Positions 6,697 to 13,926 of a stretch of 63,439 nt of DNA are shown here, piece after piece (the first letter of the stretch is position 1; every line of letters starts with the position of its first letter). A program made the position numbers and the translations under genes. The notes under the pieces are model-generated. The model ran no database searches. It was not told where the DNA came from and was given only the letters and a program-made list of their open reading frames with translations. This DNA is from a virus (taxonomy: Duplodnaviria > Caudoviricetes). Where the stretch lies: IMG/VR virus record IMGVR_UViG_3300044825_001916, positions 1 to 63,439 of that record. One strand, given 5' to 3'.

Positions 6697-9276
6697 TCAC
6701 GGGGACGGGTTGATGCCGGTGCCCGTCGAGAGGCCCGAGCGATTGCCGGCGAGGATCTCGGCGCTGGAGATGCGCAGAGCGGTGTCGTTGTCCTGGGTGT
6801 TGATAGCCTGGCGCGCAGCCAGCTCGGCCATCTTGCGCTTGTCCTCCGCAGCCTGGCGCTCGGCCTGGAGCTGGATGTCGACGTTCGCGCGCATCTGCTC
6901 GACGGCGATGTCGGTCTGCTGCTCCATGGCGCGCTCCTGCATCTTGATCTGGTCAAGCTGCGCGTCGCGCTGGCTTTCGGCCTGCTGGATGGCCAGCTTC
7001 TGCTGGTCGAGCTGAGCGCGCTGGGCGTCGGCCTGGGCGCGCTGCTGCAGGGCCTGCATCTGAACCTGCCCGGGGTCGGTCGGCTTCGGCTGCATGGACT
7101 GCACGTACTGGATCGCCTGCTGCAGGATGGGCGGCAGCTGAGCCAGGGCCTGACCGCCGGCCGCGACGACGTCGTCCGACGCCACCGCCAGGAGCCGGTC
7201 GAAGTTCTGGTTTACCTCGGGATCCTTCGGATCCATGAGCTGCGCGATGTCCATGCCCGCAGCCTCGCTCGTCAGGCTGAACACGGCGTTCACGTACCAG
7301 AGCGCGATGTGGTCGCGCAGGTGCGTGATCATGGACGGCACGAAGGTCGGCGAGATGGCCGGGTTCTGGCCGAACACGGGGCTCATCAGGAAGTCCAGGT
7401 GGACCTTGATGTGGGCCGCGTGATCCTGGTCGGGGAAGGCGACGATCGGGCGCGACATGGTCGCGGCGACGTTCTCGTTCACCGGGTTCATGCGCTCGGG
7501 CTCCGGCTTCGGCAGCAGGAGGCGCTTCGCCGCGTCCGGGATCTTGCTCTGCTCGAGGATCATCTCCTCGACCTTGCGCAGGTCGTACAGCTGCGGCATC
7601 GCCGCGGCCCGCTGCGCGATGAGCGCGACCTGGGCGTGGCGCTGCACGTCGGAGAAGATGTTCGGGTCGGAGACCGGGACGACGTCAAGCGGGCCCTCGA
7701 AATCGGAGCGCCGGACCATGATCTCGCCGGTGTCGTCGTAGACCTCGCTCTCCTCAAGGTAGGTGCAGTTGATCCGGTGCAGGATCCGCAGCGCCCGGCC
7801 CATCGCGGCGTGCAGGCGCGCGTGGATGGAGGAGAAGACGGTCATGCCCTGCTCGATGAGCGCGAGCGTGGTGCCGACCGGCTGGTTCTGGTTCACTTCG
7901 CCCAGCTTGTCGAAGCTGGTGCGGACGACGTTCTTGCCTGCGTCCACCATGAAGCCCAGCAGCTGGAACAGCACCGGGCTCGGCTGGTTGTACGGCAGAG
8001 GCATGATGGCCTTGCGGATGTCGTCGACGTTCAGCGGCGCCTCGATCTCGTTGATCGAAGCCGGGTCGATCGACATCGACTGGCCGCCCTTGCCGGCGGA
8101 GCGCATCCGCAGGAGGGTCTGCGAGTTGCTGATGTGGGCGCTGTCGAGCAGGGCGCGGAGGGCGCCGGTGGACGCGCCCGAGAGGCCGCCGATCATGTGC
8201 GGAAGGCCAATCGGGTACGCGCCGCGCCAGGGGATGAAGGGCCACTCAACGAACCAGTGCAGCTCCTCGCGGCGCTCGTCCTCGGGATCCCAGTTGCGGT
8301 AGATCGAGAGGACCGCGCGCGTGTGCTTGTCGATCGTCACGACGTAGGGGGACGGAGGCTCGTCCTCGTCCTCGTTCTCGATCTCGGCGTGGCAGTAGAT
8401 CTCGAAGATCGTGCGCAGGCCGTCGTCGTTGTAGGCGTCCTGGTCGCGGCCCTCGATCTTGTCGTTGGCCTTGGCCGGACCCGTCTGGTCGATCTGGGTC
8501 TCCGGCATCAGGTCGACGTCGCGGTACATTCCCGAGCGGACGCGTCGGCTATACTCCAGCTCCGTCAGGTACTGGACGTGCGTCCGGCGCTCAGCCGTCT
8601 CGAACGAGGTGGCGGCGAACGGCAGGTACATATCGTCGATCGGCACGAACATGGCGCGCGGGCGCTTCAGGCGCGCGTCCCAGTACAGCTTCAGGTACTG
8701 GGCGCCGCCGAGCGGAACCTGCGTGATGGTCTGCTCCAGCTCGGGCCGGAACTCCGTCATCTGCTCGGTCAGCTGCCAGTTCATGTAGCGCTTCTTGCGC
8801 TCAGCCTTGTCGAGCTTCTTCTGCGTGACCTCGCCCGGGATCTTGGTCTTCACCGGGCCGTCGGGCGGCAGCAGCTCCTTCAGCGCGCGGGCGGCGAAGT
8901 CGACGGCTGCCTCGGTCAGGAGCGGGTGGACAACACGGGACGCGCCCTCGAACTGGGCACCGCCAGGCGCATCGTCACCGAGCCCGGTGCGGCGCAGGCC
9001 TTCCTCATACTGCTCGTCGCGCTTCTTGCGCGCTTCTTTGTCGCGGGTGACTTTGTCGTACAGCTCGGTCGCGACCGTCGACAGCACGCTGTCGGGCAGC
9101 GCCTCCGCCAGGTTGGCGAAGTGGTCGGGGTTGTCCTCGACCTGATCTTCGTCATCGAGGCGCACGATCGCGCCGCCGTCGTCGGTGTCCTCGACGCTGT
9201 CGTCGACGTCGAGCGGCATGAGCTGCCCGTCGCCGTTGTCGTCATCGTCGGGGAGGTCGAGGTCGTCGGGCGTCAT
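6697..9276 (-). CDS. portal protein (P22-like)
   Basis: 859 aa; F.GASRVVHPLL, PVGTTLALIEQG...S.IH.RLH; Gln-rich C-terminal coiled coil. Confidence 0.9.
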   Translation of the reverse strand: MTPDDLDLPDDDDNGDGQLMPLDVDDSVEDTDDGGAIVRLDDEDQVEDNPDHFANLAEALPDSVLSTVATELYDKVTRDKEARKKRDEQYEEGLRRTGLGDDAPGGAQFEGASRVVHPLLTEAAVDFAARALKELLPPDGPVKTKIPGEVTQKKLDKAERKKRYMNWQLTEQMTEFRPELEQTITQVPLGGAQYLKLYWDARLKRPRAMFVPIDDMYLPFAATSFETAERRTHVQYLTELEYSRRVRSGMYRDVDLMPETQIDQTGPAKANDKIEGRDQDAYNDDGLRTIFEIYCHAEIENEDEDEPPSPYVVTIDKHTRAVLSIYRNWDPEDERREELHWFVEWPFIPWRGAYPIGLPHMIGGLSGASTGALRALLDSAHISNSQTLLRMRSAGKGGQSMSIDPASINEIEAPLNVDDIRKAIMPLPYNQPSPVLFQLLGFMVDAGKNVVRTSFDKLGEVNQNQPVGTTLALIEQGMTVFSSIHARLHAAMGRALRILHRINCTYLEESEVYDDTGEIMVRRSDFEGPLDVVPVSDPNIFSDVQRHAQVALIAQRAAAMPQLYDLRKVEEMILEQSKIPDAAKRLLLPKPEPERMNPVNENVAATMSRPIVAFPDQDHAAHIKVHLDFLMSPVFGQNPAISPTFVPSMITHLRDHIALWYVNAVFSLTSEAAGMDIAQLMDPKDPEVNQNFDRLLAVASDDVVAAGGQALAQLPPILQQAIQYVQSMQPKPTDPGQVQMQALQQRAQADAQRAQLDQQKLAIQQAESQRDAQLDQIKMQERAMEQQTDIAVEQMRANVDIQLQAERQAAEDKRKMAELAARQAINTQDNDTALRISSAEILAGNRSGLSTGTGINPSP

Positions 9277-9313
9277 CGGATCTCGTTACGATCTGGAAGG
9301 GGGAGCGAGGCGG

Positions 9314-10270
9314 TCACCGCAACAGCTCGTCGAAGTGAGGCACCAGCATCTCAAACTCTGGAGCGCCAGGGACAGGATACGCTGCCTCGCGGAGATCGAA
9401 CACCTCGCTGATGCGCGGCTTGCGGGCGCCCGTGCCGACGATGCTGTCGTAACCGTACTTCCTCGCCCGGTTGCCGATGACGTGCTCTTGCAGAGCATAG
9501 CGCATGCGATTGCCGACGCGGCTGTTGTTCACCAGCTCGGTCGCCAGAGCTGGGTTGCCGCCCCAGAGGTCCAGGAAGTCTTCGACGTTGCGGTAATAGT
9601 CGCGGCCGGCAAGAGGCGCGTTCGCGGCGTATCGGCTGTCGGACAGCATCTGCAGTAGCGTCGCCTCGTTGGTCAGCTCGCGGAACGCGCGCTCGGGCAC
9701 CGAGCCGCCCGTGTTGCCGGGAACGGCCAAAGGCGCGCGCAGGAGCGTCTCGCCTCGCACCATCTCGGAGCCGCCGTAACCGGCGGTGTTCGGCGCCCGG
9801 TAGGTGCCGACGCTGCGGGTGGGGAGCGTGGCCGGCAGGTAGAAGACGCCCTCGCGGATGGCCTCGGCCCCGGCCTGCTCGGGCTTCTGGTAACGCAGCA
9901 GCTCCAGCTGGAGGCCGTCGTCGGTGATCCGTGCGCCAGGCGTGTTCTCCACCGCCTGCAGGAAGCGGGCGTCCTGCGGCAAGCGCGTGGTCATCTGGAT
10001 GGCGCGCGCGGTGGCGGGGGAGACGATGCCGCCGAAGCCCTCGCCGAAGCCGCGGGCGATCGTGACGCCGGCGCTGGCGGGGCGCTCGCCGCGGATCTGG
10101 GCCTCGATGTCGCGCAGCTCGTCGCGCAGGGTGCGGCGCGCCGGGCGATCGGCGTCAGAAGCGCGCCCACCAGAGGCGAGCGCGAGCGGAGACCTGCGCA
10201 CAGGCATCGGCGCGGAGGCTGCCGCCCTGGCGAGGGCACCGCGGGTGGCGGTGTGGCGAGGCGTGTGCAT
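9314..10270 (-). CDS. putative ADP-ribosyltransferase-like cargo protein
   Basis: LLRYQ...GVFY...YGG...APL...GYDSIV...SEVF; N-terminal LASGG motif. Confidence 0.5.
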   Translation of the reverse strand: MHTPRHTATRGALARAAASAPMPVRRSPLALASGGRASDADRPARRTLRDELRDIEAQIRGERPASAGVTIARGFGEGFGGIVSPATARAIQMTTRLPQDARFLQAVENTPGARITDDGLQLELLRYQKPEQAGAEAIREGVFYLPATLPTRSVGTYRAPNTAGYGGSEMVRGETLLRAPLAVPGNTGGSVPERAFRELTNEATLLQMLSDSRYAANAPLAGRDYYRNVEDFLDLWGGNPALATELVNNSRVGNRMRYALQEHVIGNRARKYGYDSIVGTGARKPRISEVFDLREAAYPVPGAPEFEMLVPHFDELLR

Positions 10271-13200
10271 CAGAACTCTCGCCGGTAGCCGAGGCGGAGA
10301 CCGCGCGACGGAGCCGGGCGGTCCATCAGCTCGATCGGATCCGCGCCCGGGAGCGTGTCGGGATCGCCCATCATGCGGTCATGGTAGTCGAGCGAGAGGC
10401 GCCCGCCGCTCGGGGTCGTGTAGCCGACGCCGGCGCCGGTCATGCGGCTCTGGTTGCTGCGAAAGCCGCGCCCGCTGGCGGACACGCCCTGCTGTCCGGC
10501 GGAGAAGTCGAGCGCGGCACCATCACGGCCGACCGGGACAGCGGCGCGCGCGTTGACGCCGCCGGCAACTACCCTGCCGCCGCGGATCGGGGTGAAGACC
10601 CCACCGCCGGAGGTCTCGAGGTCCGCCTCGCGGATCAGGTCCAGGAAGCGCTGCGCCTCGTAGCTCAGCTCGGGCGATACCTGGCCGCCCTCGGCGAAGC
10701 CTGGTGTGTAGAAGCTGCGCTCGGCCCCGAAGCCGTAGCGGGTCGGGTCGCCGGAGAGGGGGGAGAAGCCGCGCGTGCCGGGGGCCGGCGCGGGCTGCGG
10801 AACCGGGGTCGGGGCCGACGTAGTCTGCACCGGATCCGGGAGCAGGTTGAAGCCGACACCAGGCGGGTTCGGGTCGCTCTCGCCACCGCCGCTGTCGGGG
10901 TTAGAGGCGGGGCCCTCGCCGGGCGTGTAGCTGACAATGCTCGGCGCAACGCCCAGAGCGTTGCCGAGCTGAGATCCGAGGTAGCCCGCAGCTAGGCCGA
11001 GGCCCGGAAGGCCAGTGGCGATGCCGGCGGCGAGACCAGCAAGCCCAGCCCCGAGGCCCACGGGATTGATTGAGGCGGCCTGGCTCTGCAGCCCGAGATT
11101 ATCCGTCAAAGTGCCGATTTGAACGCCCGGCGGCGAAAGGGCGCTCTGCAGGCCAAAGCCGATCGCCTGGTTCAGGCCGATGTCGCCTCGACCATAGGCG
11201 CCGAGCGCCTCGGCCAGGCTTGGAGCGTTGGCGAACCCGGTCGGGTTCACGCCGCCGGTGTCGGCGATGCCCACGCCGAGGCCGGCCTGCTGAGCGGCGG
11301 TGGCCGTCGACATATTCGCCGCCTGAGACGTGCCTTCGGGATCCGCCGAGGACATCCCGGCAGACGCATTGGGTCCAGGGCCGCCCTGATTGCCGTAGCC
11401 GGAACTCTCGGGGCCGAAGCCGGCGCCAATGGCGTCGCTGACGGCCGCGGCGGCATCGGGACCAGCGCCAGGGCCTTCGCCGGGGCCACTGTCCTCGCTA
11501 CTGCCGCCACCCTCTTCGCCGCCACCACCGCTGTCGCCGCCGCCGCCGTCGGATCCATCTCCGCCGCCGCCATCGCCACCGCCGCCGTCGTCGAACTCAA
11601 GGAAGCCGGTGTACGGGTTCGTGGTGCCGGATCCGCCCATGGCGGCCAGCATCAGCGCCTCGCGGGGCGTGATGTGCGCGACGAGGGTGTCGTTGCCGCG
11701 GCCCATGGCGCCCAGCATCCTGGCCAGGCCACCCTGCGCCATCATAGCGGGCTCCTGCTCCGGCATCGCGGTGGCGTACCGGCGCTGGCCCTGCTGGACC
11801 ATCTGCAGGTGGCGCTCGATCGGGCTGGGCTGACCGGCGCCCGAGCCCTGCATCTCAAGGCCCGCGATCACGTCGCGCATCACGCTCGGATCATCGGCGC
11901 GGCGCTGACGTGCGGCCGGCACCGGCGGGGCAGGCGGGGGCGGGAACGGGATCGGCATGGGCGCCTGAGCGGCCGGAGCAGCGGTCTGCTGCTGGGGCGG
12001 CGGGACGGCGCCGATGCGGGGGATGGGGGGCGGCTCGGCTGGAGCCGCGGCCTGGGGCGGCTGAGCTGGCACGCCGCGGAAGTGGTCGAGCACGCGGCCA
12101 GCGAACTCGGGGCCGGTCATGTTCTCGTTGCCGGCGTTCCAGAGAACGGCGTTCCGGCCCACGATGTCAACGGCCGGGCGGTTGCCCTGCAGCAGGCTGA
12201 CGGCGCCCGTCGCGCCCTGCTGATGCGCGAGGTAGAGCGTCGGGGCGTCGACCTCGAAGCCGCGCCGACGCAGGGCGCGCGCGTTGTCGGCCGCCAGGCG
12301 GGCCGCGGCCTCGGCGGAGGCGACCTCGTCGTAGGGATCGCGCAGGCCCATGGCCGTGGCCGTGCGGGGGATGAACTGGAAGGGGCCGGCGGCGCGCGAG
12401 TTGCGGTTGAACAGGCGCGTGCCGTCGCTGCTCTCAATCGCGCGGACGCGAGCGAGGTAGCCCTCCGGCAGGTCGTACTGCTGCTCGAGGCGCGTGTAGA
12501 GCGCGGCGCGCTCCTCCGCCGTCGGGGCGGGGCGGCGGGGGCCGCCGCGAGCTTGGCCGCCAGCTGCAAGGCGCTGGGGCTGGGCGATGCCCTCGAGCGA
12601 GCGCTCGGTGGCGGTGATGCCTTCGTCGCCGGCGTAGTTCGGGTTTGCCTCGTTCGGGTCGACTTGGCCGCCCATGGCGAAGCGGGGCATGTCGTCCTCG
12701 ATGCCCTGCTCGGCGGCGAGCGCGGCGGCCTCGGGGTAGCTGACGCCGAGCGCGGCTGCCAGACCGGCGATGCCGTACTTGCGGACGATGCGGATGAGGC
12801 GCTCGTCGAAGATGACGTAGTTGCGGGTGTTCAGCTTGTCCGCATGGGCGATCGCCTCGGCCTCGTTCGCGAACTCCGCGATCGGGCGTTGCGCGGCGGC
12901 GCCTTGGTAGACCCCCCAGCTCACGCGACCGTCGGGCTGGACGATGGGCGAGACGTCGACGTTGCGAGCGCCTCGGCTGCCGGCGTCGAGGTAGCGGATG
13001 CCGGGGATGCCGGCCTCGCGGAGGGCGCGAGACGCGCTTTCCCTGCTGCCGAGGATGCCCTCGGCCGCTTCGTAAAACTCTCCGCCAGTCGCGCTTGCGG
13101 GCACTGCGCTTTCGATGCGGCCGTACTGGCGCATGCCGGGCAGCAGTTCGCTGATGTCCTGCCTGAAAACGGGCGCATCCCAGTCGAGCAGGTCGGCGGG

Positions 13201-13872
13201 CTGAACGCCCAGCTCGACTTCGTACATGCGGCCCGGGGCCAGCGCCCGAAGCCGGGCGTCGAGGTCGCCGTAGACGCGCACGAGGTCGTCGGGCGTGGCG
13301 CGCCCTTGCTCGTATGGCCCCTGACCGCGCACGAGGCGGTCGATCATCCGCATCGCCTGCGGGTCGTCCGCGACGCGGCGCGTAGCCGGGTCGGCGAGGC
13401 GCGGCATTTCGGCGAAGGCGCGGAAGCGCTCGGCGACCTCCTCCGGCGAGCGAAGGTAACCCATGTTCGTGTTCACGAAGCGGTTCACGTCGCCAGTCGC
13501 GTCGGCGGACAGCTGGTCGCGATAGGTGCGGGCGGTCGCTTCAGCCTCGCCGAAGTAGCCGCCCGAGCCATAGGCTTGGTTACCTTCGCCCGTGCCCATC
13601 TTGTCGAGCCGGAAGCGGCCGAGCGGGAAGTCCTCAAGCACGGCCGCGCCCTCTGGTACGTCGGGCAGGCGATCGGGCGCGCCAACGAGGTACTCGGTCT
13701 GGCCGCTAGGGCGCCGGATCAAACGCTCGGCGGCGAAGTCGTGCGGGCTGCCGTGGTAGGCGCGAACGCCGGTCGAGGCCTCGGGGGCGGCGCGCTCGGC
13801 GGAGCCAGTGACGGCGCGAGCCAACGCGCCGACAGCTTTCGCGCGGCTCACGCCGTCACCGCCCCGTCGCAC
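10270..13872 (-). CDS. large modular (polyvalent-type) protein: ART-like + lytic transglycosylase + GRxxD domain + beta-barrel-like C-terminus
   Basis: YHGSPHDF..GTGEGNQAYGSGGYF; AIES..AAGPFQF..YLAHQQG; ends LRLGYRREF; start may be GTG at 13851. Confidence 0.75.
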   Translation of the reverse strand: MRRGGDGVSRAKAVGALARAVTGSAERAAPEASTGVRAYHGSPHDFAAERLIRRPSGQTEYLVGAPDRLPDVPEGAAVLEDFPLGRFRLDKMGTGEGNQAYGSGGYFGEAEATARTYRDQLSADATGDVNRFVNTNMGYLRSPEEVAERFRAFAEMPRLADPATRRVADDPQAMRMIDRLVRGQGPYEQGRATPDDLVRVYGDLDARLRALAPGRMYEVELGVQPADLLDWDAPVFRQDISELLPGMRQYGRIESAVPASATGGEFYEAAEGILGSRESASRALREAGIPGIRYLDAGSRGARNVDVSPIVQPDGRVSWGVYQGAAAQRPIAEFANEAEAIAHADKLNTRNYVIFDERLIRIVRKYGIAGLAAALGVSYPEAAALAAEQGIEDDMPRFAMGGQVDPNEANPNYAGDEGITATERSLEGIAQPQRLAAGGQARGGPRRPAPTAEERAALYTRLEQQYDLPEGYLARVRAIESSDGTRLFNRNSRAAGPFQFIPRTATAMGLRDPYDEVASAEAAARLAADNARALRRRGFEVDAPTLYLAHQQGATGAVSLLQGNRPAVDIVGRNAVLWNAGNENMTGPEFAGRVLDHFRGVPAQPPQAAAPAEPPPIPRIGAVPPPQQQTAAPAAQAPMPIPFPPPPAPPVPAARQRRADDPSVMRDVIAGLEMQGSGAGQPSPIERHLQMVQQGQRRYATAMPEQEPAMMAQGGLARMLGAMGRGNDTLVAHITPREALMLAAMGGSGTTNPYTGFLEFDDGGGGDGGGGDGSDGGGGDSGGGGEEGGGSSEDSGPGEGPGAGPDAAAAVSDAIGAGFGPESSGYGNQGGPGPNASAGMSSADPEGTSQAANMSTATAAQQAGLGVGIADTGGVNPTGFANAPSLAEALGAYGRGDIGLNQAIGFGLQSALSPPGVQIGTLTDNLGLQSQAASINPVGLGAGLAGLAAGIATGLPGLGLAAGYLGSQLGNALGVAPSIVSYTPGEGPASNPDSGGGESDPNPPGVGFNLLPDPVQTTSAPTPVPQPAPAPGTRGFSPLSGDPTRYGFGAERSFYTPGFAEGGQVSPELSYEAQRFLDLIREADLETSGGGVFTPIRGGRVVAGGVNARAAVPVGRDGAALDFSAGQQGVSASGRGFRSNQSRMTGAGVGYTTPSGGRLSLDYHDRMMGDPDTLPGADPIELMDRPAPSRGLRLGYRREF

Positions 13873-13926
13873 GGCCGCGTGGAGGCGATCCGGCCGGCGC
13901 CAGTCAGAGAAGTCGCTGCTCTCGGG

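Larger units (their letters stand above)
2867..7644. repeat. long direct repeat, copy 1 (terminal redundancy/circular overlap)
   Basis: Matches 58662-63439; differences seen only in 2867-3038. Confidence 0.97.
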
